This document shows, piece by piece, positions 6,323 through 14,499 of a DNA stretch of 28,351 nt. The DNA is from a virus: positions 1 through 28,351 of the IMG/VR virus record IMGVR_UViG_3300045988_146736. One strand, written 5' to 3'. A program made the position numbers and the translations under genes. The notes beneath the pieces were generated by a model, which ran no database searches, was not told where the DNA came from, and worked only from the letters and a program-made list of their open reading frames with translations. How positions within the stretch are numbered: position 1 is the first letter of the stretch; each line of letters begins with the position of its first letter.

Positions 6323-6524
6323 GTGTGGGTCTTTCCTTTCGGTCGGAATGTTGTCGGGATAGGCGTCGCCAGTCCCGGCTTAGGCTGATCGTGCCCGCGA
6401 GCGCGATCACGGCACCGAGGGGGAGCGCCCAGGACGGGTCCCAACCCCCGGGGTTGGTAGGGCCACCCGACGCGGCGACGACGAGCAGTCCCACAATGAG
6501 GAGGATAGGGGTGAGCGGGTTCAT
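6309..6524 (-). CDS. Small membrane protein (71 aa)
   Basis: ORF 6309..6566 trimmed to the ATG at 6524 (AAGGAGGG upstream, ATGA overlap with the upstream stop). It has two hydrophobic segments (PILLIVGLLVVAASGG and WALPLGAVIALAGTI). Confidence 0.55.
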   Translation of the reverse strand: MNPLTPILLIVGLLVVAASGGPTNPGGWDPSWALPLGAVIALAGTISLSRDWRRLSRQHSDRKERPTHGRQ

Positions 6525-6850
6525 TTGCGTCCCTCCTTGCTGACCAGCGGGTAGGAAATGATGCACGGCACATGGTCGATTGCGCCGTCCTCGGCGCGGA
6601 TCGCCACGCAGCCGTGCATTTCGAGGTCGTTGCCGTTGACGACGACATACCGGGCGTCGTTCATGAGCATTGCCGCGTCAATGGTGTCGTCGCGCTTCAG
6701 GGCGTGGAGTTCGACGCCCCACACGCCCTGGAACTCGGCGCTGCGGGCGACACGGACGTCCGCGACCGCGCGCGTTGACTGTTGCACGACGTCAACGAAG
6801 CGGGCGGCTACGCGTTTGGCGGCTTGGAAGGCCAGGAAATCGGGGTCCAT
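6521..6850 (-). CDS. Hypothetical protein (109 aa)
   Basis: ORF 6521..6955 trimmed to the ATG at 6850 (GAAAGGA upstream). No recognisable motif. Confidence 0.6.
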   Translation of the reverse strand: MDPDFLAFQAAKRVAARFVDVVQQSTRAVADVRVARSAEFQGVWGVELHALKRDDTIDAAMLMNDARYVVVNGNDLEMHGCVAIRAEDGAIDHVPCIISYPLVSKEGRK

Positions 6851-6914
6851 GATGGGTGTCCTTTCGATGGGGTGCCCCCGGCCCTGTGGGGCGGGCCGGG
6901 GGCGATGGTGGTTG

Positions 6915-7283
6915 TCACTCGCTGTCGGCGAGCGCGGCGGCGATAGCCGTGTCAATGGCCGGGTAGGTCGGGCGCTCCTTACCCTCCCACTTGGAGCCCG
7001 CCCACACCTGCGCGGGCCAAAGGCGGCGGGGAAGGACGGCCTCGATGTCCGGCCACTCGCCCGGATCGTCGGATGAGAAGTAGACCTTCTCGCCGAGGAT
7101 GCGGTTCATGACGACGCGAACCTCGTCGTCAATGACGTCGATGTAGATTGCGAGGAGGTTGTCGCCGTCAACGCGGGCCGTGAGGTCTGCGCCGGGCGCG
7201 ATGATGCGCTTCCAGTCGCCGAGGGGCAGCTTGTTCAGGTCGATCCAGTTGAGTTGATCGGCGGAGGTAATGATCGGGTTCAT
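6915..7283 (-). CDS. Hypothetical protein (122 aa), first gene behind early cassette copy 3
   Basis: ORF 6915..7442 trimmed to the ATG at 7283. That ATG is preceded by the same AGACCGAAAGGACCGAAACC block seen upstream of 2504 and 8723. Confidence 0.7.
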   Translation of the reverse strand: MNPIITSADQLNWIDLNKLPLGDWKRIIAPGADLTARVDGDNLLAIYIDVIDDEVRVVMNRILGEKVYFSSDDPGEWPDIEAVLPRRLWPAQVWAGSKWEGKERPTYPAIDTAIAAALADSE

Positions 7284-7362
7284 GGTTTCGGTCCTTTCGG
7301 TCTTTGGGCGGGCGTTTCCCTCCCAATGATCCCAGCATACACCTATGCATAGCCGTATGCAA
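7284..7362 (-). promoter_or_regulatory. Early promoter-leader cassette, copy 3 (inverted relative to copies 1 and 2)
   Basis: Minus strand: -35 TTGCAT (7362..7357), 17-nt spacer, -10 TATGCT (7339..7334), hairpin 7326..7304, then AGACCGAAAGGACCGAAACC-ATG. Confidence 0.7.
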
Positions 7363-7397
7363 GACGCGTTTAGTGATGTGGCATACATAAAGTGAAA

Positions 7398-7430
7398 GGG
7401 GGCCTCGCCGACCGAAAAGGCGAGGCCCCC
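7398..7430 (-). terminator. Terminator hairpin downstream of the methyltransferase gene
   Basis: gggggcctcgcc (7398..7409) pairs with ggcgaggccccc (7419..7430): a 12-bp stem with a 9-nt loop. On the minus strand it is followed by TTTCACTTTAT. A second 6-bp hairpin lies at 7433..7449. Confidence 0.65.
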
Positions 7431-7534
7431 ATGCCCCGACATGCGGGGCGGTGATGCACGGCTACAGTATATACACGGCGAACGCGGGCGCGCAAGTCGA
7501 AACTAACCGACCGGCAAAACGCCGCGCCCGCGCG

Positions 7535-8545
7535 TTAAATGAGGAAGTCGAGCGGCGCGTCGATCCCCCGCCGGAACCGATCATGAATCAACGGGATATA
7601 GCGCTCGTCGAGCTCACACCCGACCGCGTTCACGCCCTCCATTGCGGCGGCCTGTAGGGTCGTCCCCGACCCGGCGAACGGCTCGAGGATCGTCGCGCCT
7701 GGCCTCACCACAAGCCGGATCAGGTAACGCATGAGATCGAGGGGCTTGACTGTCACGTGCTGCACCCCCCCCACCTTCGGGCGTTCGTGCGTCGGGGCCT
7801 TCGGCTGGTACTTGAAGCTCGGCCAGCTGTGATCGGGCGCGCCCTGTTCGACAGCCGCCGCGAGCGCGGCTTCGCTGACCATGAGGTTAGGCGGGTAGGA
7901 CCCGCCGACGGCGTCCATTGCTGACCGGATGTTCATTGCTCCGGTCCCGAAGGCGCTCACGTTGTCGACTAAGCTGCCCTCGAGTGGCTTTCGAGCCACT
8001 ACGATAGGCTCCCATGCTGGTTTTAGGCCGAGGCCCCAGCCGTCCCATGTCTTAGCCATGTCCGTAACCGGCTCGCCGGAGCTGTGTACCTTGTGGGTGG
8101 ACATATGCGTCGCTGTGTTGCCGCTGTCCCACTTTCTCACGTCGCGCCCCTCGCGCTCGTCGAGAACACCGGCTGCCCTGTCGAACATTGCAGAGAGATT
8201 TACCGCCGCCGGTTTCCTATCGGCGAATATCCATGAGAGTCCATCCCTGACTTCGAAGCCCGCATCCTCAATGCCAGCTGTGAGACGATGGTAGGTTCGC
8301 GGCGACGAAAACGCCAGCAGGTAGCCGCCGGGCTTGATGGTGCGCAGAGCTTCAACTGCCCATGATTCGGCCCATGATTGAAACCCGCGCGGCGTTGCGG
8401 TGTCCCACTTTTCGCCCATGAATGAAATTCCATACGGCGGGTCGGTAATGATCGCGTCGAAGTGATCGGCGGGCATTTCCCGCATGATGTCGCGGCAGTC
8501 GCCGTTGTGGAGGGTAATCCCCTCATAGATTGTTTGTCCGGTCAT
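7535..8545 (-). CDS. DNA methyltransferase, beta-class (N6_N4_Mtase family), probably N6-adenine (336 aa)
   Basis: ORF 7535..8617 trimmed to the ATG at 8545 (the upstream Met codons fall inside the promoter). Motif IV IITDPPYG is near the N-terminus and motif I ILEPFAGSGTT near the C-terminus. There is no adjacent restriction endonuclease. Confidence 0.85.
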   Translation of the reverse strand: MTGQTIYEGITLHNGDCRDIMREMPADHFDAIITDPPYGISFMGEKWDTATPRGFQSWAESWAVEALRTIKPGGYLLAFSSPRTYHRLTAGIEDAGFEVRDGLSWIFADRKPAAVNLSAMFDRAAGVLDEREGRDVRKWDSGNTATHMSTHKVHSSGEPVTDMAKTWDGWGLGLKPAWEPIVVARKPLEGSLVDNVSAFGTGAMNIRSAMDAVGGSYPPNLMVSEAALAAAVEQGAPDHSWPSFKYQPKAPTHERPKVGGVQHVTVKPLDLMRYLIRLVVRPGATILEPFAGSGTTLQAAAMEGVNAVGCELDERYIPLIHDRFRRGIDAPLDFLI

Positions 8546-8579
8546 GGTTGCTCGCTTTGGTAGGTGGCATTGCGTTTCG

Positions 8580-8608
8580 ATAGTAGGGCCATGCATCACT
8601 GTATGCAA
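8580..8608 (-). promoter_or_regulatory. Predicted methyltransferase promoter (TTGCAT-17-TACTAT)
   Basis: Minus strand: TTGCATACagtgATGCATggcccTACTAT. It shares the TTGCATAC-N4-ATGCAT layout with cassette copies 1 and 3, and lies back-to-back with cassette copy 2. Confidence 0.55.
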
Positions 8609-8645
8609 ATCTTCCATATGTGGCTACAGTCTCTTATATCCCTAC

Positions 8646-8722
8646 TTGCATAACGCTATCCACTAGGTGTATGCTGGGGGTATCCCCTGAAGGGCAGGGG
8701 ACAGACCGAAAGGACCGAAACC
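8646..8722 (+). promoter_or_regulatory. Early promoter-leader cassette, copy 2
   Basis: -35 TTGCAT at 8646..8651, 18-nt spacer, -10 TATGCT at 8670..8675. Hairpin tcccctg/cagggga at 8683..8701, then AGACCGAAAGGACCGAAACC-GTG. Confidence 0.65.
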
Positions 8723-9082
8723 GTGAACACCGAGACCGTTATCAAGATGGTTGGCGACTTCTTTGACCTCACCGCCGAGGACTTCACCCCCAAGCAGCTC
8801 GCCGTCATCACCGAAGCCGCGACCGAAATCGAGGAGCGCCTCGCTAGGTACGGCGAGATGACGACGTTCGAGAAGAACATCATGATGCACGGCGCTATGG
8901 GTGCCGTCGTTGACTACGCGAGCGGATGCACGCCCCTGGCCGAGTTCATCTACGATGACGCCCGCCTGGAGGGCGCGATGATCGCGGGCATCTACGCAGG
9001 CAAGACCACGGCCCAGCTCGCCAACGAAGCGGGCATCACGCTTGCCAAGGCGTCGCGCATCCTCGGCAGCCTTGACTTCTGA
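8723..9082 (+). CDS. Acidic protein of unknown function, paralog B (119 aa)
   Basis: GTG start in the conserved leader context. The first 15 coding nt after the start codon are identical to those of 2504..2869. The protein aligns with paralog A over its full length. Confidence 0.8.
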   Translation: MNTETVIKMVGDFFDLTAEDFTPKQLAVITEAATEIEERLARYGEMTTFEKNIMMHGAMGAVVDYASGCTPLAEFIYDDARLEGAMIAGIYAGKTTAQLANEAGITLAKASRILGSLDF

Positions 9083-9090
9083 CCTATCCC

Positions 9091-9114
9091 CGCCCCGCCC
9101 AACCGGGCGGGGCG
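9091..9114 (+). promoter_or_regulatory. GC-rich hairpin after paralog B
   Basis: cgccccgccc (9091..9100) pairs with gggcggggcg (9105..9114): a perfect 10-bp stem with a 4-nt loop, followed by TTAT. Confidence 0.45.
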
Positions 9115-9144
9115 TTATCACCCCAATCACGAAAGAAGACCGAA

Positions 9145-9489
9145 ATGACCGAAAACACCGAAGCCCACGACCGCGATGACCACGTGACCACGGCACTGCT
9201 GGCCGCCCTGATCGGCAAGACCGTACAAAGCGTTACCGTCACGCTCCCAGCCGACGCGCTGACCGGTGACTACCTTGCCCACCTCGTCGCCGACATGGAG
9301 CCCGCCGAGTACGAGGCGTTCGCCGCGACCCTTGACGAGCAGGTCGTCGCCAACGGCGCAACCAAGGCCGCCGCGCTCACCGATCCGCGCGAGGACCGCA
9401 CGCCACATTGGCGGGGCGCTATCTACATGATTGACCGCGACGGGGACGACGTCACCGTGAAGGTGCTGGTTTTCACCTGCCGGTGCTAA
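9145..9489 (+). CDS. Hypothetical acidic protein (114 aa)
   Basis: ATG preceded by GAAAGAAGACCGAA. Second and last gene of island 2. No recognisable motif. Confidence 0.6.
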   Translation: MTENTEAHDRDDHVTTALLAALIGKTVQSVTVTLPADALTGDYLAHLVADMEPAEYEAFAATLDEQVVANGATKAAALTDPREDRTPHWRGAIYMIDRDGDDVTVKVLVFTCRC

Positions 9490-9499
9490 GCGCGTAGAC

Positions 9500-9536
9500 C
9501 AAGGCCCCCACCTGGACGGTCCAGGTGGGGGCCTTG
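9500..9536. terminator. Bidirectional terminator hairpin between island 2 and the end of the late/lysis operon
   Basis: aaggcccccacctgg (9501..9515) pairs with ccaggtgggggcctt (9521..9535): a perfect 15-16-bp stem between convergent genes. There is no clear U-tract, which is common for actinobacterial terminators. Confidence 0.7.
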
Positions 9537-9561
9537 TGGCGAACTAACGAGAAGTACGCTG

Positions 9562-9993
9562 TCAGTGTACCACGTGCGCCGTGAGGGTTTCGCGCTGTGC
9601 CTGTATATCCTCGCGCTGTGCTTGGATGTCCTCACGCATCCGCCCGAGTTCCTCGCGGATGAGTCGCACCTCATTGACGCGCTCGCCGCGCTCAATCTCG
9701 GCGCGCGCGTCGGCGCGGTTTTGTGCGGACTGAATCGCCGCCAGGCCCTCACGCATCTGCGCGGCTAGCGCGTCGAGGTCGTCGCGCAGGTTCGACCCGT
9801 GGTGATTCGTCACCTGCTCACGGGCGGCCTCGGCGGTAGCGTGGACGTCATCGAGCCGCTGTTTCAGGCGCTCCTGGAGCGCCCGCAGCTGGATCGCAAT
9901 CGTCCCACAAATGGCAACAATCACACTGATGAGTGCTGCCACTACCTCCGGGGCCGTGATGACCGCGACGACTGGGTGAGTCGCTCCGGTCAC
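9562..9993 (-). CDS. Membrane-anchored coiled-coil protein (143 aa), lysis-cassette accessory
   Basis: The GTG start overlaps the holin stop (GTGA). N-terminal hydrophobic helix VVAALISVIVAICGTIAIQL, then a charged helical region with the tandem REDIQAQ REDIQAQ. Confidence 0.65.
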   Translation of the reverse strand: MTGATHPVVAVITAPEVVAALISVIVAICGTIAIQLRALQERLKQRLDDVHATAEAAREQVTNHHGSNLRDDLDALAAQMREGLAAIQSAQNRADARAEIERGERVNEVRLIREELGRMREDIQAQREDIQAQRETLTAHVVH

Positions 9994-10295
9994 TGATCGC
10001 CGCCCTCGATGGTGTTAGACGGCGTGGTCAGCTCCTCCCACCAGTCAATCAGGCCGGTGGGCTTTAGGGCGGTGTAGACGAGCTGACCGGCGGCGATCAC
10101 GCCAGCCGCCTCGGTCAGGATGACGCGCCCGGCGTCAGGGAATCGGGTGACTCCCCACGCGATGAGCGTCAGGAGGACGGACGCGGCGATGAAAACCAGG
10201 CGCTTGGTCTGTGCCTCCCAGTGGGAGCGGGTGACCGTTGCGGTCAGGAAGGGGACGAGCGCGCCAATCAGGGCGGCGGTGGTGAGCGGTGCCAT
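9990..10295 (-). CDS. Putative holin (101 aa)
   Basis: Two or three hydrophobic helices and a charged C-terminus. It lies immediately downstream of the endolysin. Confidence 0.65.
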   Translation of the reverse strand: MAPLTTAALIGALVPFLTATVTRSHWEAQTKRLVFIAASVLLTLIAWGVTRFPDAGRVILTEAAGVIAAGQLVYTALKPTGLIDWWEELTTPSNTIEGGDQ

Positions 10296-10296
10296 A

Positions 10297-11142
10297 TTAG
10301 AAGCCTCCGTTGTTCAGGGCGGCCTGCATGGCCGCGACAGTGAGTGAGGGGGCGGACAGGACGCCGTCCCCCTCGATTCCGTACCGCGCGGAAAGCGCGT
10401 TGATGGTGACGGGTCCCATGATCCCGTCATTCGTGACGCCGAGGCGCGCCTGCATGGCGGCGATAACGGCGGAACCGTCGGGGTCGGTCTCCCACTCCCA
10501 CCCGTCGGTGCAGGCGGGGAGGATCGATCGGTTTTCGACCTCCTGGGAGGACACCACGCCGTCGATGGGCGTCCCGAGCACTTCCTGAAGCGCCGCCGTC
10601 GTGCGGGGACCCCAGTAGCCGTCCTCGGCGATTCCGCCGACGGTGCTTGCCGACTGGTCATAGGCCGGGCGGATGACAGCCGCGACGCTATCCCAGTCGC
10701 GGGTGCGGCGGTACACGCCGCCGCCGTTGCCCTGAGAACCGCCGCTGCCGGGCGACGTGTTGAACTCGATGGTCTGCAGGTAGGACACGGCGTTGATTTC
10801 AACGAAGCCGATGTGATCGGCTTCGCCGTCGTCGTCCCAATCGAAGCAGACGAGATCGCCTGCCTGTGCGTTGTGGATGGGAACGAGGCGGCCCGCCGCG
10901 CGGGCGGCGTTGATTCCGGCGGGCACATAGGCGAACGCACCGCCGGGCGGTTCCATGCCGACCTGGGCGAGCGCCCAGGACACACCCATAGCACAGAAGG
11001 GGACGCCGGACGCGCCGAAATACGAGCCGCGCCCTTCGGCGTACCAACGCCCGTACTTGGTGCCCGTCTCCGGATCGTTCCAACGGCTGTAGCCAATTTC
11101 ACCTGCGGCTACGCGCAGGACGTCATACGCCTTAGCCGTCAT
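10297..11142 (-). CDS. Endolysin: N-terminal CHAP/NlpC-P60-type peptidase plus C-terminal peptidoglycan-binding repeats (281 aa)
   Basis: Catalytic-type motifs VPFCAMGVSW (Cys), ADHIGFV (His) and TIEFNTS. C-terminal repeats DGYWGPRTTAALQ and DGIMGPVTINAL resemble PG_binding_1. Confidence 0.8.
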   Translation of the reverse strand: MTAKAYDVLRVAAGEIGYSRWNDPETGTKYGRWYAEGRGSYFGASGVPFCAMGVSWALAQVGMEPPGGAFAYVPAGINAARAAGRLVPIHNAQAGDLVCFDWDDDGEADHIGFVEINAVSYLQTIEFNTSPGSGGSQGNGGGVYRRTRDWDSVAAVIRPAYDQSASTVGGIAEDGYWGPRTTAALQEVLGTPIDGVVSSQEVENRSILPACTDGWEWETDPDGSAVIAAMQARLGVTNDGIMGPVTINALSARYGIEGDGVLSAPSLTVAAMQAALNNGGF

Positions 11143-11221
11143 ACTTCACCTCCCGGATGGGTGCCACGTCGTCGGGCGACGTGTTACCGGTGTCCTTGAT
11201 GTCTTCCACGTTGTCAGGCAT
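11132..11221 (-). CDS. Possible 29-aa acidic micro-ORF (MPDNVEDIKDTGNTSPDDVAPIREVKYDG)
   Basis: Hand translation. ATG at 11221 preceded by GAAAGGAAGG. Its stop lies 8 nt inside the endolysin gene, in another frame. It is below the size cut-off of the ORF track. Confidence 0.35.
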   Translation of the reverse strand: MPDNVEDIKDTGNTSPDDVAPIREVKYDG

Positions 11222-11284
11222 ATTGCCTTCCTTTCTCTATCAGGCGGTCACATTCTACCGCGCAATGAAACCGGTCGCACCGCC

Positions 11285-11605
11285 CTAGAGATACTCGTTA
11301 GGGGGAGTGACATAACCCGGGTCCGTCGTGCCCTCGAGGAGGGTTGTCAGTTCGAGCACGTCGCCGTCATACAGGGTGACGGTGCGGGCTGCCAGCATTT
11401 GGGATGACGTGTACACAACCAGACGGTAGGTGCCCGGCAGGACATCGACGTCAACGGGCGACGTCTGATCGACGACGATGTCACCGGGGATGATGATAGC
11501 GCCGTTACCTGCGTTCCTAGGCGCGGGAACGGGCGCTGCGTTGATGGTTACTCGGACGGGGGTTTGGCTCGGCGTGACCACCGAGCCCCTGATTTTCGCT
11601 GTCAT
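11285..11605 (-). CDS. Hypothetical protein (106 aa), tail-tip region
   Basis: ATG with GGAAAGGA. It lies between the tail genes and the lysis cassette, and its beta-rich sequence suggests a structural role. Confidence 0.6.
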   Translation of the reverse strand: MTAKIRGSVVTPSQTPVRVTINAAPVPAPRNAGNGAIIIPGDIVVDQTSPVDVDVLPGTYRLVVYTSSQMLAARTVTLYDGDVLELTTLLEGTTDPGYVTPPNEYL

Positions 11606-11639
11606 GGTGAAGTCCTTTCCAGTAGGTAGGTTTTTGATG

Positions 11640-12287
11640 TCAGAGTGCGGGAGCCGGGAACGCCATGACAGACAGCTTCGACCAGTCGTCGGCGGACACG
11701 GTGACCTTCGTCCCGTTCGGTCCGGCTCCGAGGAGCCACATCGAACAGTCGGGGACCGTGTTTGCGGGGATGACGCCGAGGCAGTGCGCCGACGTGGAAT
11801 CGTCCCACGATCCGAGGCGGCTGCGGCCCTTGATGCCGTTCATCCAGACCTCCAGGTCAACGTACTGCTGGGCTGTCGCGTTGACGCCCCACAGGGAGCC
11901 AATAGCGAACGCTACGCGCTGGTAAGGGCGGGCCTCGATGCGGGCGTCACATAGCTTGCGGTAGTTGCCCGCGCTCAGTTCGACGACGCCGCTGACCGTG
12001 CTATTAGACGTGGCGAAGTCGACTGTCACTGACGGGCGGAGGACGGGAAGGCCGCCCGCGGTTTCCCCGGCGCTAGACAGGAGCAAGTTATGGACAAGGA
12101 AGTACATCGGATTGCCCGCCGTCGGGCCATTTCCTGCGGCAGTCGCAGCCTTGACGATGTTGCGCGCCTCGTCTGTCGTGGCGACGGCGCGGACAAGGCC
12201 GGAGGTACTGACCATCTTGTCGATTGACTCGACGATCCTGTCTCCGGCGTCGGGGATGATCGGCCCCTTTGGGTGCTGGTGCGCCAT
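11640..12287 (-). CDS. Minor tail / tail-fibre-associated protein (215 aa)
   Basis: ATG with GGAAAGGAG. Synteny: it lies directly after the large tail-fibre-like gene. Confidence 0.6.
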   Translation of the reverse strand: MAHQHPKGPIIPDAGDRIVESIDKMVSTSGLVRAVATTDEARNIVKAATAAGNGPTAGNPMYFLVHNLLLSSAGETAGGLPVLRPSVTVDFATSNSTVSGVVELSAGNYRKLCDARIEARPYQRVAFAIGSLWGVNATAQQYVDLEVWMNGIKGRSRLGSWDDSTSAHCLGVIPANTVPDCSMWLLGAGPNGTKVTVSADDWSKLSVMAFPAPAL

Positions 12288-12300
12288 GCGCGCTCCTTTC

Positions 12301-14499
12301 CTAGATGGGGATCACAATCGCGGAAATGTCGCGATGTGACCACTTGCTGAACCCTGTTGATGCGTCCGTTCCGAACCATAGGCTGGTTTTGATCGCCCAC
12401 GTGCCGCTAGTTGGGAGGTCCTTCAGCATGGTCAGCATTGTTAGCTGACCGGAGTCCCAACCATTGTACGAGTATTGGTTCGGAGTTTCGTACAATCGGC
12501 TACCGTTGACCTGAATGTCTCCCCACCGGTAAGCGGGTGACTGGACGCCCATGTCGTAGGACGACACGACGAGGATCATCGCGCGGCCCGACGACGACGC
12601 GGGGACCGTGAAGTTAGTGACCGAATAGCCCGATGAGCTGGGCGGATAGGTGCCAGCCCACGCGTAACCGGACGCGCCGAAAATGATCGACGCAAGCGAA
12701 AGGAGCGCGTCAGACGTCGGCGACTTGATCGCCATACCGTAGGGCTGCGCCGGGTCCAGCACAACGTATGGCTTTCCACCCTTACTAACGATCAGCTTAT
12801 CAGGGCCGAGCGTGACGGCGTTCGCGCCGGACCCGGCAACGATGGTTTTACCGGTGATCCTGTCGGCGATCAGGTCGCCGCCGATCTTGGCCGTCCCGGC
12901 TACCAGTTGGTCAGTGGTGACCTTCAGGAACTTACCGGTTGCGGCGGCGACGGATTGGGCGTTGATCTTGGTCGCGTCCACGGACCCGGCGGCGATCTTC
13001 GGTGCGGTGATTGCGCCGTCCCTGATGTCTACTGCGCCGGTGGCCTTGTGGACGTCGACGTGACCGACGAACATCGGCGCGCTGACCGGTGCGCCCGTAG
13101 CGGCCAGGCACACTGGTTCGACGCTCATCCTGACCGCACGGTCGGGAACTGTCACCTGGGCGTCGCCTCCGACCGTGAACCACTTGTTTACCGGGTGGTT
13201 AGTGATCGGCACTGTTGACCCGCATACGGGGGCCGCTACGCGCGTTCCGTCCTCCGCGTAGAACGCAACGCGGACGCCGAACCCGCCGCCGCCGAGGCGG
13301 GTCATAGGCGCGACGGCGTGCCATGCGGCGGACGCGATAACGGCGTCACCGGGCTTGCACGGGACACGGTTCGCGGGTGACAGGACAGGACCGACTATCG
13401 TCGGGTCAGAAACGCCCATTGGGCGGGCCGTGACCATCGCGGCGCGCGCGTGACCGAGGTACTGGGTCGGCGGGGACGTGAATTGCCCGGGCTCGCTGAT
13501 TGTCCACACGCCGTTTTCCGCGTGGTCGAAGTATGGGTCAGGCATGAGGTTGTCAGACATGACCGTGATCGCCGTCGCGGCGACCTTCCCGAGGAACGCG
13601 CGGTCCGCGATTAGCGTGTCAATAACGGCACTGTTGAACTTCGCGCCGCCCGCTACGGTCAGTTTGTTGACCGCCAGGTCAGAGATTTTCGCGTTTGTGA
13701 CAGACGCGTCGGCGATCTGTGCCGTGCCTACGGCGAGGTCACCGATTTGTGCGCGCCCGATAGCCTTTGCGCCGATGTAGTCCGCGCCGATACCGACGCG
13801 CGTCCACGTGCCCGACGTGAGGACCCAGCGGCGGACCATTGTCGCGCCGTCACGGACCTCCCACAACGCGCCCTCGGGCTTTCCCGTGGCGTCGGCGGGC
13901 GCGGGGTCACGTGTGGCGACGGTGATCGCGCCGTTCGGCGTGGCCTGGCCACCCCCCGATTGGGCGAGCGCGTCGGCGGCGTCCTGCGCGGCCTTCGTCG
14001 CCTTTGTGAGCGCGTCGCGGGCGTTGGTTGCGGCGGCGTCGGCGGCGTCCTGCGCGGCCTTCACGCCGTCCTGTGCGGCCTTCACCGCACGTTCCACTTC
14101 CGCCTTCGACGCGGTCAGGTCGGCGCGCGCTTCGGCGAGCTGTGAGTCAAGCAGGCTAACCCGCTTGTGCGCGTCCACGATCTGACGACCGGTTTCACCG
14201 ACCGGTAGGACGGTGGCCCCGGCGGGCGTGGCCCCGGCGGGCGCACTGACCGACGCGACGCGGCCAGTCGAATCACGCGGGAGGGTCACGCGCGCCCCGA
14301 CGTAGGTCAGACCGGCGTCTGCGCGGGCGACCACGTGGGACCCGTCGGCCCCGTCGATAGCGACCGAGACGAGCCCCTGACCGGCGTCAACAACGCTCGT
14401 TACCCACCCGGTCAGGGTGGTGTCAGGGGCCGCGAGCTGATCGGCGACCGCCGCCTCGTCGGGCACTAGGTCGAGGAATGGGGAAAGGCTTATATCCAT
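12301..14499 (-). CDS. Large minor tail protein, candidate receptor-binding / tail fibre protein (732 aa)
   Basis: GGAGGAA RBS. Coiled-coil stretch with three KAAQD repeats, fibre-like repeats (AIGRAQIGDLAVGTAQIADASVTNAKISDLAVNKLTV), and a large C-terminal domain. Position is after the tail hub genes. Confidence 0.7.
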   Translation of the reverse strand: MDISLSPFLDLVPDEAAVADQLAAPDTTLTGWVTSVVDAGQGLVSVAIDGADGSHVVARADAGLTYVGARVTLPRDSTGRVASVSAPAGATPAGATVLPVGETGRQIVDAHKRVSLLDSQLAEARADLTASKAEVERAVKAAQDGVKAAQDAADAAATNARDALTKATKAAQDAADALAQSGGGQATPNGAITVATRDPAPADATGKPEGALWEVRDGATMVRRWVLTSGTWTRVGIGADYIGAKAIGRAQIGDLAVGTAQIADASVTNAKISDLAVNKLTVAGGAKFNSAVIDTLIADRAFLGKVAATAITVMSDNLMPDPYFDHAENGVWTISEPGQFTSPPTQYLGHARAAMVTARPMGVSDPTIVGPVLSPANRVPCKPGDAVIASAAWHAVAPMTRLGGGGFGVRVAFYAEDGTRVAAPVCGSTVPITNHPVNKWFTVGGDAQVTVPDRAVRMSVEPVCLAATGAPVSAPMFVGHVDVHKATGAVDIRDGAITAPKIAAGSVDATKINAQSVAAATGKFLKVTTDQLVAGTAKIGGDLIADRITGKTIVAGSGANAVTLGPDKLIVSKGGKPYVVLDPAQPYGMAIKSPTSDALLSLASIIFGASGYAWAGTYPPSSSGYSVTNFTVPASSSGRAMILVVSSYDMGVQSPAYRWGDIQVNGSRLYETPNQYSYNGWDSGQLTMLTMLKDLPTSGTWAIKTSLWFGTDASTGFSKWSHRDISAIVIPI

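Noticed and set aside
7451-7657. 68-aa plus-strand ORF downstream of the terminator hairpins
   Set aside because: More than half of it overlaps the methyltransferase 3' end in antisense. It has no RBS, and its start lies inside the terminator region.
7460-8649. GGCTACAGT..TATAT words flanking the methyltransferase as a target-site duplication of a mobile element
   Set aside because: A 9-mer match is expected many times by chance in 28 kb, and no transposase or inverted terminal repeats are present. I kept it only as a minor note in the methyltransferase finding.
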